Shown here in pieces: positions 17,267 through 26,065 of a stretch of 48,210 nt of DNA. The stretch is from Thermoplasmata archaeon (GTDB taxonomy: Archaea > Thermoplasmatota > Thermoplasmata > Lutacidiplasmatales > UBA184). Location: the NCBI GenBank assembly GCA_037916495.1, contig JBAIXP010000091.1, positions 1-48,210 of the forward strand. Reading direction: 5' to 3'. Within the stretch, counting starts at the first letter, position 1; the number at the start of each line of letters is the position of its first letter. Both the position numbers and the translations under genes were made by a program. Below the pieces are notes generated by a model. The model saw only the letters and a program-made list of their open reading frames with translations. It was not told where the DNA came from and ran no database searches.

Positions 17267-17575
17267 GTGTTCTGCCCGAACTGTAAGCGCCTCATGCGCC
17301 CGGACCGGGCGAAGGGCGAGTGGCGGTGCGCCGCCTGCGGCACGACCGTCCCTCTCGGGAAGGGCGTCGAGGTCGGCCGTTCGACCCCGCAGAGCCGGGA
17401 GGTCGCGGTCGTGGAGACGAAGACCGCGACCCTTCCGAAGGCCGAGGAGACCTGCCCGAAGTGCGGCAACGGCGAGGCCTACTGGGTCCTGCGCCAGACC
17501 CGAGGTGCCGACGAGCCCGAGACCCGGATCTTCGAGTGCACGAAATGCGGCCACAAGTGGCGGGAGTACCAGTGA
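17267..17575 (+). CDS. tfs: Transcription factor S (TFS / RpoM-like)
   Basis: 102 aa. N-terminal Zn ribbon FCPNC...CAACG, C-terminal ribbon CPKCG...RGADEPET...CTKCGHKW with an acidic DE loop. Confidence 0.85.
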   Translation: MFCPNCKRLMRPDRAKGEWRCAACGTTVPLGKGVEVGRSTPQSREVAVVETKTATLPKAEETCPKCGNGEAYWVLRQTRGADEPETRIFECTKCGHKWREYQ

Positions 17576-18876
17576 GCCCCGAGGGGTTCGCCGCCGTCCG
17601 GGACGCCTTCGCGCCCGAGGCGCTCGGACGCGAGCTCTCGCTGCGCGGCTGGGTCCTGCGCGCCCGCTCCTCCGGGGGGATCCTGTTCGTCGTGCTCCGG
17701 GACCGCACGGGGGCCATCCAGGTCACCGCCCGCCGCGACGCGGTCGGGGCCGAGCCGTTCGCGGCCGCCGAGAAGGTCCAGGCGGAGGGGGCGGTCGAGG
17801 TGACGGGGACCGTCGCCGAGGACCGTCGGGCCCCCGGGGGCCGGGAGCTGCGCGCCTCGAGCTTCCGGGTCGTCGACGCGGGGGAGCCGTTCCCGATCTT
17901 TTCCGGTCAGACCGAGGAGTTCCTCCTCGACAAGCGCCATCTCGCCATCCGCTCCCAGGAGCACGTCGCGACCTTCCGGGTGAAGGCCGAGCTGCTCCGC
18001 ACCCTCCGCGAGTTCCTCGACCGGGAGGAGGTCCTCGAGACGACGCCCCCCATCCTATCGGGGAACGCGGCCGAGGGGGGCGCGGAGGCGTTCCGGATCG
18101 ACTATTTCGGACGTCCGGGCTATCTTTCCCAGACCGCGCAGCTCTACCTCGAGGCGCTCCTCTTCCCGCACGAGCGGGTCTACGCGCTCACCCCGTCGTT
18201 CCGGGCCGAGAAGTCGCGGACGCCGCGCCACCTCACCGAGTACCTCCACCTCGAGGTCGAGCTCGCGTGGTGCGACCTCGACCAGCTCCTCGACTTCGAG
18301 GAGCGGATGGTGACCGAGGTCGCGCACGCGCTCGCCGCGCGGCGCCCGAAGGAGCTCGCCGAGCTCGGGCGCCCCCCCGAGGAGCTGCTCGCCCTCGAGC
18401 CGCCGTTCCCCCGGATCCGCTACGCGGAGGCGATCGACCGCTTGGCCGCGCAGGGGTTCCCCGTCCGGTGGGGGAGCGACCTCGGCACCGCCGAGGAAAA
18501 GGCCTTGACGATGGAGGAGCGCTCGCCGATCTTCCTTACGCACTTCCCGAAGGAGATCAAGGCGTTCTACATGCTGAGGTCACAGGACGACGCGCGGACG
18601 GTCGAGGCGGCCGACCTGCTCGCCCCCGAGGGCTACGGCGAGCTCATCGGCGGCTCCTGCCGCGAGACCGACGTCACGATCCTCACCGAGCGGATCCGCG
18701 AGGTCGGCGCGAACGTCGACGAGTACGCCTGGTACCTCGACCTGCGCCGCCACGGGAGCATCCCGCACGCCGGCTTCGGCCTCGGCATCGAACGGATCCT
18801 GCGCTGGCTGCTGCGTCGGGAGCACATCCGCGAGACGACCCCCTTCCCGCGCACCCCGGCCCGGCACACGCCGTAG
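17572..18876 (+). CDS. asnS: Asparaginyl-tRNA synthetase (class IIb)
   Basis: The GTG start at 17572 overlaps the tfs stop (GTGA). Motif 2 FRAEKSRTPRHLTEY. Motif 3 region GGSCRE...WYLDLRRHGSIPHAGFGLGIERI is AsnRS-like rather than AspRS-like. Confidence 0.8.
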   Translation: MSPEGFAAVRDAFAPEALGRELSLRGWVLRARSSGGILFVVLRDRTGAIQVTARRDAVGAEPFAAAEKVQAEGAVEVTGTVAEDRRAPGGRELRASSFRVVDAGEPFPIFSGQTEEFLLDKRHLAIRSQEHVATFRVKAELLRTLREFLDREEVLETTPPILSGNAAEGGAEAFRIDYFGRPGYLSQTAQLYLEALLFPHERVYALTPSFRAEKSRTPRHLTEYLHLEVELAWCDLDQLLDFEERMVTEVAHALAARRPKELAELGRPPEELLALEPPFPRIRYAEAIDRLAAQGFPVRWGSDLGTAEEKALTMEERSPIFLTHFPKEIKAFYMLRSQDDARTVEAADLLAPEGYGELIGGSCRETDVTILTERIREVGANVDEYAWYLDLRRHGSIPHAGFGLGIERILRWLLRREHIRETTPFPRTPARHTP

Positions 18877-18971
18877 GCCGTTCGCGTTCCCTCCGCGGAA
18901 CGGCCGGGGAAGAGGGAAGGTTCAAGTGCGAGCGCGCGCCTTGCCCGTCCTCCTAGATCGGGGGCCCCAGC

Positions 18972-19505
18972 GTGGCAACGGAGAACGGGTCGAGCCGCGG
19001 GGCCGATAAGCCGGCGCCCACGCCCGAAAAAGGTGCTTCCGCCCTCACGGTCGAGCGGATCACGCACCAGGACGTGCCGGCCGTCTGCACCCTGCTGAAG
19101 CGCGTCTGGGAGTCGGACGCCGCCGGGCTCCCCACGGAGCTCGTCAAGGCGTGGCTTCCGAGCCCGCTCGAGTTCACGAGCCGCATGGAGGGTGTGACGT
19201 ACTTCGCCGCCCGACGCGACGGCCGCCTGGTCGGGCTCGTCGGCGGCGAGATCGTCCACGGCGCCTGCCGGCTTCGCGAGCTCGCCGTCGAGCCGGACGG
19301 ACGGCGCCAGGGGACCGCGACCGCGCTCGTCAACGCCGCGCTCGAGTGGGCCCGTCGGTCGAACGCCCCGTCCGTGTGGATCGAATCGCTCGCCCGCTTC
19401 GCAGGGGCGAGTTCGCTGTTCAAGCGCCTCGGCTTTGCGCAGACGGGCACGCTCCACCGCCACGAGTGGAACGAGGACGTCCAGTTCTTCGAGAAGGTCT
19501 TCTAG
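18972..19505 (+). CDS. GNAT-family N-acetyltransferase
   Basis: RLRELAVEPDGRRQGTATALVNAALEWAR...FKRLGF is an acetyl-CoA binding motif A. GTG start. Confidence 0.75.
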   Translation: MATENGSSRGADKPAPTPEKGASALTVERITHQDVPAVCTLLKRVWESDAAGLPTELVKAWLPSPLEFTSRMEGVTYFAARRDGRLVGLVGGEIVHGACRLRELAVEPDGRRQGTATALVNAALEWARRSNAPSVWIESLARFAGASSLFKRLGFAQTGTLHRHEWNEDVQFFEKVF

Positions 19506-19511
19506 ACGTTG

Positions 19512-20450
19512 CTACGGCGCCGGGGGCCCGGACGGCCCCGCAAGAATCCCGCGCGGGGCCCCAAGCCGCCGCAAGAGCCGCGCCCCTTCCTCCACCCGGC
19601 CGTCGAGCACCCTCCGGGCGCCCTCGGCGAGGTCGCGCGTGTCCGCATCGTTCGAGAGCCCTCGACCGCGCTCGATGAGGAGCCGGTCGCCGAGCCGCCC
19701 GACGTAGCCGGGGAGGGCGGCCGTGAGGCCGTCCGCGGCCCGGCTGCGGAGCGTCCGAAGTCGCTGACGGAGGGTCGCGAGCTGGCCCGAGCGCAGGTCG
19801 GACTCGAGCTCGCGCGCGAGGCTTGCGGGGTCCCCCGCGCTCCGGACGCCGATCGCGTCGAGGTCCCGGAGAAGGGTGAGCAGCCGCTCGAGGTCGTCCC
19901 GGGCCTGGTCGAGGTGGCGCTCCTTCACGACGATGACCCGTTCGAGCTGGGGGATCGTCCAGAGCGCCGAGGCGACGTCGCCGGTGCGCACCGACCGGGC
20001 GGCCTCCTCGAGCTGCTCGCGCTCGAGGCGCGTGCCGACCGAGTACGCCTCGAGACGGACCAGGCGGGGCGCGAGCCGGTCGTAGATCCGGTCGACCAGC
20101 TCCGAGCACCGCTTGCGAGACTCCTGCTCGGCGCGGGTCACCGCTTCGACCCAGAGCTCCGGGTGCTCGGACCGCGCGGCGGCGTCCTGGGACCAGGAAG
20201 GGAGGGCGGGAAGCTGGACGCCGAGTGGGCGGGCGGCGTCGGCCCACTGGACGAGCTGCTCCATTCGGTCGACGAGCGCGCCCCCCGGAGCGCCCGCGCG
20301 GACCGGTCGCGCGGTCGAGGCGGCCGCCGTCCGCTCGGGGGGGGACGCCGGGCGCGTGGCCGGCCGCGGGGCTCCGCACCCGGGGCAGGCCGTCCGGCCC
20401 GCTTCCACCGACCGACCGCACTGGCCGCAGGTCCAACCGTGGTTGCTCAT
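19512..20450 (-). CDS. Hypothetical protein: N-terminal zinc ribbon plus long helical/coiled region
   Basis: ATG at 20450 (MSNHGWTCGQCG...CPGCG), followed by a Pro/Ala linker and ~230 aa of Arg/Glu/Leu-rich helices. No family recognised. Confidence 0.55.
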   Translation of the reverse strand: MSNHGWTCGQCGRSVEAGRTACPGCGAPRPATRPASPPERTAAASTARPVRAGAPGGALVDRMEQLVQWADAARPLGVQLPALPSWSQDAAARSEHPELWVEAVTRAEQESRKRCSELVDRIYDRLAPRLVRLEAYSVGTRLEREQLEEAARSVRTGDVASALWTIPQLERVIVVKERHLDQARDDLERLLTLLRDLDAIGVRSAGDPASLARELESDLRSGQLATLRQRLRTLRSRAADGLTAALPGYVGRLGDRLLIERGRGLSNDADTRDLAEGARRVLDGRVEEGARLLRRLGAPRGILAGPSGPPAP

Positions 20451-20585
20451 CCGTCGCCTACGCTCCGGGTCCGCCCGCCCGTCGTCTAGGGGGTCGTGCA
20501 CTAAGAAACTAGGGATGCCTCACGACGATGGGTCCCCGGAAGCCGTCCCGCCGGGGACCGGGACGCGAGCCTCCAGGGAGGGGGA

Positions 20586-20670
20586 TGCAGGGGGTGAGAT
20601 TTGAACTCACGAACTCCTACGAGACCAGGACCTCAACCTGGCGCCTTTGACCAAGCTGGGCCACCCCTGC
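20586..20670 (-). tRNA. tRNA-Leu (anticodon GAG), long variable arm
   Basis: Acceptor GCAGGGG/CCCCTGC, anticodon arm CCAGG-TTGAGGT-CCTGG, variable arm TCTCGTAGGAGTTC, T arm GTGAG-TTCAAAT-CTCAC, discriminator A. Confidence 0.9.
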
Positions 20671-20700
20671 ACACGGGCGGCGTCGCTTCCCGAGGACGAG

Positions 20701-20711
20701 TGATAACCTTT
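20701..20711 (-). promoter_or_regulatory. BRE/TATA-like box AAAGGTTATCA upstream of tRNA-Leu
   Basis: 30 nt separate the box from the mature 5' end. A near-identical box, AAAGGCTATTA, sits 27 nt upstream of tRNA-Asn. Confidence 0.45.
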
Positions 20712-20793
20712 GCGAAGCCGAGGGGCCCCGCCCCGCGCCGCGGGGGTGTCGTCCCGATAAACGCCATGTAGGCCCCCCGCGTACCGGCGCTCT

Positions 20794-21135
20794 ATGACAC
20801 CAGATCGGCCGGACGGTGCCACCGTCTTCATCGGCCTCAAGCCCACCATGACCTACGTCTTCCAGGTCGTCACCCAGCTCAACGCCGGGTCCGGCCCGGT
20901 CGTCGTCAAGGCGCGAGGGAACGCCATCGGCAAGGCGGTCGACGTTGCGGAGGTCGTCCGCCGCCGTTTCCTCGAGGGGCAGGTCGATGTCGGCCCGATC
21001 ACGATTGACACGGAGCGCCTGACGAACCGGGAGGGGCGGGACGCGAACGTCTCGTCGATCTCGATCCCCCTCACCCGGACGGGCCCGGCGGGCCCTGGGA
21101 CGTCGATGCCGGACCGGCCGGGGCCGCCGTCGTAG
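20794..21135 (+). CDS. albA: DNA/RNA-binding protein Alba, with Pro/Gly-rich C-terminal tail
   Basis: VFIGLKPTMTYVFQVVTQLNAG..VVVKARGNAIGKAVDVAEVVRRRF is the canonical Alba core. Confidence 0.85.
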   Translation: MTPDRPDGATVFIGLKPTMTYVFQVVTQLNAGSGPVVVKARGNAIGKAVDVAEVVRRRFLEGQVDVGPITIDTERLTNREGRDANVSSISIPLTRTGPAGPGTSMPDRPGPPS

Positions 21136-22933
21136 TCGTCCGGACCACCCAGGTCCCGGCCCAGGCATCTCCGACTCGCTGGCGCTCCGCGCTCAGGCTC
21201 GCCGCGAAGAGCCCGAGCGTCCCGAGGAGGGCGATCCCGCCGAGGACGAACGCCCCGATCACACCGAGCGCGAGGAGTCCCGCGAGGACGCCGAGCCCGC
21301 CGACGTCCACCGAGGTGAGCCCCTTCGTCAGGATCCCCACCCCTAGGCCCGCCCCGAGGACCCCGAGCGTGAGCGTCGGAACGAGCGTCACGTTGCGCAC
21401 CGTGCAGGCGAGCCCGTCCGGTCGGGCGTAGCGCCGGTCCCGAACCTCGAGGCCGACCCACCGCTTGCCCACCGTTCGTCCGGCGGCAAGCTCGGTCGCG
21501 ACGAAGTAGAGGAACCCGACGGTGATGCACCCGTAGATCGCCGCGTTGTAGGCGACGCCCCCGAGGAGGTCAGAAAGCGAGCCCGGGGTGGCCGCGGCGA
21601 GGGCGGCGAGGAGGGCGGCGCTCCCGCCGAGGACGATGAACAGGTCGAGCACGAACGCCAGTCCGCGCTGGGCCGGCGAGGCGAACCGCGGCGCCGAGAG
21701 CTCCCGACCGAGCAGGACCAGCCAGCGCGCCGTCAGCCATCCCCGGAGCGCCTCGAGCGGCTCGACCGTCCCGGCCCGGGCGGAGCTCTCGAGGTTCGCT
21801 TGATCGCTGACGACCCACCCGGGGACCGGCAGCCCGTCCCACGGACGCACCGAGGCTCCCTCCGGCCCGCCGTCCTGGAGGCGCCGCGCCTGCCCCGCGG
21901 CGGCGGCCGCGGCGTCCGCCGAGGCGCGGAGCGCGCCGGTGAGCTCTCCCTTGAGCCCGAGCTCGTACGCCTCCCGGAGACGCCCGGTCGGGCTCGTCGG
22001 CGGGGTCGGGGTGGACGGTCCGACGGGCTCGAAGCCGCGGCCCAACGCGGCATGGACTGCGAACGCGCCGATCAGGGCGAGGAAGCCCGAGAGGTAGACG
22101 AGGTCGAGGACGCCGGCGCCACCGATGACGTAGAATCCCGCGGGCCCGGTGCCGTAGAGGCCCGGCTGGCGCAGAAGGTCCGCCCCGACGATCGTCCCCC
22201 ACGTCCCGGCGAAGAACGCCGCCGGGAGCGCGTACGCCTCCTCCCGCGGGAAGACCCGACCGGCGACGAGCGCCATCACGATCCCCGCCCCCGCGGGCGG
22301 GAGGAGGAAGTAGGGGAACGTCTCGACGATCCCGACGCCGGCGATGGCGGTGGAGCCAAGGAACGTCAGGATGAGGACGGCGGAGGTCCCGAGATGGATC
22401 GCGAGCGGGCGGCGGGCGGCGTCCTCCCGTCCGAACCCGAGGAACGCCGCGACCGCCACCGAGACGCCCACGCCCGCGAGCGCCGCGACCAGGTCGACCG
22501 CGACCGGGGTGGCCAGGCCGACCGAGGCCCCGAAGCGGCCGACCGTGTCGGCGCCGGGCGGGAGGACGACCAGGAGCATCGTCGCACTCTCGATCCCGAG
22601 CGCGGAGAAGACGACGCCGAGCGTGCGGCCGAGGGGCGGGGAGACGCGGCCGAGCGCGAGGGTGCCGACCAAGAGGGGAAAGACGGCCCCCGCGAAGCTC
22701 ACCCCGACGATATCCCGCGCCACGGGCACGATCGGGAGGACGACGAACGTCGCGGCGAGGGCGCCCGGAAGGAGCAGCCAGAAGGCGCGGCGACCGAGCC
22801 CGAGACTCTCGGCGAAGTCGGGGTAGCGCCAGGCGAGCCCGAACAAAAGCGCCCAGGCCGCGCCAGGTAGGAGGACGGAGACCGCCACCGAGACGATGTC
22901 GAAGGCGACCAGTGCCGGTGCGACCACGCCCAC
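21071..22933 (-). CDS. Large polytopic membrane protein with C-terminal RDD domain (N-terminal half possibly DUF1614-like)
   Basis: 620 aa, GTG start. About 8 TM helices, a soluble Ala-rich linker, then an RDD-type module (RGLAFVLDLFIV...YFVATELAAGRTVGKRWVGLEVRD). Its 3' end overlaps the albA 3' end by 65 nt (convergent). Confidence 0.65.
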   Translation of the reverse strand: MGVVAPALVAFDIVSVAVSVLLPGAAWALLFGLAWRYPDFAESLGLGRRAFWLLLPGALAATFVVLPIVPVARDIVGVSFAGAVFPLLVGTLALGRVSPPLGRTLGVVFSALGIESATMLLVVLPPGADTVGRFGASVGLATPVAVDLVAALAGVGVSVAVAAFLGFGREDAARRPLAIHLGTSAVLILTFLGSTAIAGVGIVETFPYFLLPPAGAGIVMALVAGRVFPREEAYALPAAFFAGTWGTIVGADLLRQPGLYGTGPAGFYVIGGAGVLDLVYLSGFLALIGAFAVHAALGRGFEPVGPSTPTPPTSPTGRLREAYELGLKGELTGALRASADAAAAAAGQARRLQDGGPEGASVRPWDGLPVPGWVVSDQANLESSARAGTVEPLEALRGWLTARWLVLLGRELSAPRFASPAQRGLAFVLDLFIVLGGSAALLAALAAATPGSLSDLLGGVAYNAAIYGCITVGFLYFVATELAAGRTVGKRWVGLEVRDRRYARPDGLACTVRNVTLVPTLTLGVLGAGLGVGILTKGLTSVDVGGLGVLAGLLALGVIGAFVLGGIALLGTLGLFAASLSAERQRVGDAWAGTWVVRTTTTAAPAGPASTSQGPPGPSG

Positions 22934-23010
22934 GCTCCGCCGGGCTTGCGGCGGCGCCGGACCCCGTGGCGGACCTAAAGGCTTTGTCGCGGAGGACCTA
23001 CCCCGGCCCG

Positions 23011-24411
23011 ATGGCGGAGCACCGCGTCGAGGTCGATTCGCTCGGCCGACGGGAGGTACCGGCGGAGGCGTACTGGGGGATCCAGACCCTCCGGGCGAAG
23101 GAGAACTTCCCCGTGAGCGGGCTCACCGCGTCGCGCCACCTTCTGCGTGCCTACGCCCTCCTCAAGCTCGCGTGCGTCCGCGCGAACGTCGAGAAGGGGG
23201 GCCTAGACGCCGAGCGGGGGGCGGCGCTCGAGAAGGCGGCCCGGGAGATGGCCGAAGGCCGGTTCGCCCACGAGTTCGTCGTCGACGTCTTCCAGGCGGG
23301 GGCCGGGACGTCCCTCCACATGAACGTCAACGAGGTGCTCACCAACCGGGCCCTCGAGATCCTCGGGAAGCCCCGGGGCGACTACGCCACCTTGAGCCCC
23401 AACGACCACGTGAACCGCGGCCAGTCGACGAACGACACGTTCCCCACCGCCGCCCAGGTCGGTGTTCTCTTCGCGCTCGGGGAGGTGCGTCGCGCGGTCC
23501 GGGTCCTCGTGGCGAGCCTCCGGAAGAAGTCCGAGGAGTTCGCCCGGCTCCCCAAGGCCGGCCGGACCCATCTCAAGGACGCGATGCCGGTCACCCTCGG
23601 CCAGGAGCTCGGGGCGTGGGCGACGGCGCTCGAGCGCGTGCTCGAGACGCTCCCGGCCGTGGAGCGGGGACTCGCCGAGGTGCCGCTCGGCGGGAGCGCG
23701 GTCGGCACGGGCGTCAACTCCCGGCCGGGCTTCCGCGCCCGGGCGGTCGAGGAGTACGCGCGCCTTTCCGAGCTCCCGCTCCTAGTCGCGCGCGACCCGT
23801 TCGAGACGATGCAGAGCCGTTGGCCGCTCGGCCTCGCCTCGGCGTGGCTCCGGACGCTCTCCCTCGAGCTCGTCCGGATCGCGAACGACCTCCGGCTCCT
23901 CTCGAGCGGCCCCGCGACCGGCCTCGACGAGCTCCGGGTCCCCGAGATCCAGCCGGGCTCGTCGATCATGCCCGCGAAGGTGAACCCGTCGGCGGCGGAG
24001 TGCCTCAACATGGTCGCCTTCCATGTCGTCGGCGCCGACCAGGCGACCGCCCTCGCCGTGCAGGCCGGCCAGCTCGAGATCAACGTGATGATGCCGCTCG
24101 CCGCGTTCGAGACGCTCTTCTCCGCGGAGATCCTTGCGAACTACCTTCCCGTCTTTGCGGCGAGCTGCGTCGACGGCCTCGCGCCGAACCCGGTCCGGCT
24201 CGAAGGCTACCTCGTGAGCTCGGCCGCGCTCGCCACCGTCCTCACCCCGCGCCTCGGCTACCTCAAGGTCGCCGAGGTCCTCCACGAGGCCGAGAGGCTC
24301 CACCGTCCGGTGAAGGAGCTCCTGGTCGAGAAGGGCCTCCTCACGCGGGAGGAGGTCGAGGCGATGCTCGGCCCGCCCGCCCTCCTCAAGCTCACCGAGC
24401 CGGTGCCGTGA
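23011..24411 (+). CDS. Class II fumarase/aspartase superfamily lyase (aspartate ammonia-lyase-like)
   Basis: ATG at 23011. YWGIQTLRAKENFPVSG, QAGAGTSLHMNVNEV, GQSTNDTFPT, signature GSSIMPAKVNP. QAGAGTS looks more AspA-like than FumC-like, but substrate cannot be decided by eye. Confidence 0.8.
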   Translation: MAEHRVEVDSLGRREVPAEAYWGIQTLRAKENFPVSGLTASRHLLRAYALLKLACVRANVEKGGLDAERGAALEKAAREMAEGRFAHEFVVDVFQAGAGTSLHMNVNEVLTNRALEILGKPRGDYATLSPNDHVNRGQSTNDTFPTAAQVGVLFALGEVRRAVRVLVASLRKKSEEFARLPKAGRTHLKDAMPVTLGQELGAWATALERVLETLPAVERGLAEVPLGGSAVGTGVNSRPGFRARAVEEYARLSELPLLVARDPFETMQSRWPLGLASAWLRTLSLELVRIANDLRLLSSGPATGLDELRVPEIQPGSSIMPAKVNPSAAECLNMVAFHVVGADQATALAVQAGQLEINVMMPLAAFETLFSAEILANYLPVFAASCVDGLAPNPVRLEGYLVSSAALATVLTPRLGYLKVAEVLHEAERLHRPVKELLVEKGLLTREEVEAMLGPPALLKLTEPVP

Positions 24412-24442
24412 CGGTCGGCCGGTCGCACCCGAGGTCGGAAGG

Positions 24443-25198
24443 ATGAGCTCGGTCGAGGAGACGGTGGTCGCGCTCGGGAACCCGACCAGCGAGGAGTTCC
24501 GCCAGGCGGCGGGCGTCCTCGGGAAGGTCGGCCTCACCCAGTACGAGGCCCGAGCGTACATCGCCCTGGTCGCGCGGGGCGTCGGCGACGCCGCGACGCT
24601 CGCGTCGGCGGCCGGGATCCCCCGGACGAGCGCCTACAAGGTCCTCGAGTCGCTCGCCGAGAAGGGCTACGCCCAGCCGACGGGAGGCAAGCCGATCCTC
24701 TTCCGTCCCCGCCCGCCGCTCGAGGTGGCGGAGACGCTCAAAGGGGCGATCCAGGAGGTCTTCGAGCAGCTCTCGCAGCTCCACCGCGTCGTCGCCGAGC
24801 ACGGCGAGCCGCAGCTCGTCTACCTGCTCTCCGAGCGGGAGAAGGTGATCGCGAAGATCGCGGACCTCCTCGACCAGTCGACCCGGACGTTCATCCTGAC
24901 GACCCCCCAGGTCGCGGACCTTCGGGACGCGCTCAACAAGAAGATCGGGAGCGCCCAGAAGCGCGGGGTCCACCTCACGTTCGTCACCGCTCCCCTCCAG
25001 AAGGTCCCCGAGGGGGTCGAGTACGTCCCCCGCGACAACCTCCTCGCGACCGAGGTCCTGGCGGACGGCGAGCACGCGCTCCTCGCCGCGCCGGGGTTGG
25101 ACGCCTGCGGCTTCACCGACAACCCGATCCTGATCACCCACCTCAAGCAGTTCCTCGACATCGTCCTCGAGAAGGAAACCTCGGCGACGAACCCCTAG
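24443..25198 (+). CDS. TrmB-family transcriptional regulator
   Basis: N-terminal wHTH LGKVGLTQYEARAYIALVARGVGDAATLASAAGIPRTSAYKVLESLAEKGY, plus a C-terminal effector-like domain. Confidence 0.75.
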   Translation: MSSVEETVVALGNPTSEEFRQAAGVLGKVGLTQYEARAYIALVARGVGDAATLASAAGIPRTSAYKVLESLAEKGYAQPTGGKPILFRPRPPLEVAETLKGAIQEVFEQLSQLHRVVAEHGEPQLVYLLSEREKVIAKIADLLDQSTRTFILTTPQVADLRDALNKKIGSAQKRGVHLTFVTAPLQKVPEGVEYVPRDNLLATEVLADGEHALLAAPGLDACGFTDNPILITHLKQFLDIVLEKETSATNP

Positions 25199-25207
25199 GG
25201 CCGCACG

Positions 25208-26065
25208 ATGGCCCGCGCGCGAGCGCCCCCGGCCGAGAGGGTGCGGGCCCGGCTCGCCCGCGCCCTCGGAGAGGATCTTTCCGCGACGGTCCCGGACGGC
25301 TACCAGCGTCTGGGACGGGTCCTCTTAGTCCGGGTCCCCGCGCCCCTGTGGCCCCACCGGGGAGCGGTCGGCGAGGCCTGGCGCGAGGAGCTCGGCGTCG
25401 CGACCGTGCTGGCCCGGACCGGGCGCGTCGAGGGGGAGCTGCGGGCGCCCTCGGTCGTCCCGATCGCGGGCGACTCGGCGGTCACGGAGGTCGTCGAGCA
25501 CGGAGTGCGCTGGAGGTTCGACGCCGCGCGGATCATGTTCGCCGCGGGCAACCGCACCGAGCGCCACCGCGCCCGCCTCCTCGTTCGGCCGGGCGAGCGC
25601 GTCGCGGACCTCTTCGCCGGGATCGGCTACTTTGCGATCCCCGCGGCGCTCTCCGCGAGCTCGGTCCGGGTGCTCGCGGTAGAGAAGAACCCGCTCGCCC
25701 ACCGGTTCCTGGTGGAGAACGCACGGCTGAACGGGGTCGACGGGCAGCTCGACGCCCTCCGGGGGGACAATCGCGAGCTCGACCTACCGCTCGGGGCGTT
25801 CGACCGGGTCTTCCTCGGCTGGCTGCCGGACGCGACGCCGTGGATCGGTCGTGCGGTCGAGCTGCTCGGGTCCGGGCCGGCCACCCTCCACGTGCACCTG
25901 GTCGCGGACGTCCGTGAGCCGCTCGGCACGACCGCCCTTCGGGTCGGGGCGCTCGTCGAGCGAACGGGCCGAACGCTGGCGCCGCCCCCGCTCGGCCGCG
26001 AGGTGAAGCCGTACGGGCCCGGGCGCCGGCACGTGGTGGTCGACGTCGCCCTCGCCCCCCGCTAG
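25208..26065 (+). CDS. trm5: tRNA (guanine37-N1)-methyltransferase Trm5/Taw22 (Met_10 family)
   Basis: YQRLGRVLLVRV..., FDAARIMFAAGNRTER, SAM motif VADLFAGIGYFAIP. Confidence 0.75.
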   Translation: MARARAPPAERVRARLARALGEDLSATVPDGYQRLGRVLLVRVPAPLWPHRGAVGEAWREELGVATVLARTGRVEGELRAPSVVPIAGDSAVTEVVEHGVRWRFDAARIMFAAGNRTERHRARLLVRPGERVADLFAGIGYFAIPAALSASSVRVLAVEKNPLAHRFLVENARLNGVDGQLDALRGDNRELDLPLGAFDRVFLGWLPDATPWIGRAVELLGSGPATLHVHLVADVREPLGTTALRVGALVERTGRTLAPPPLGREVKPYGPGRRHVVVDVALAPR

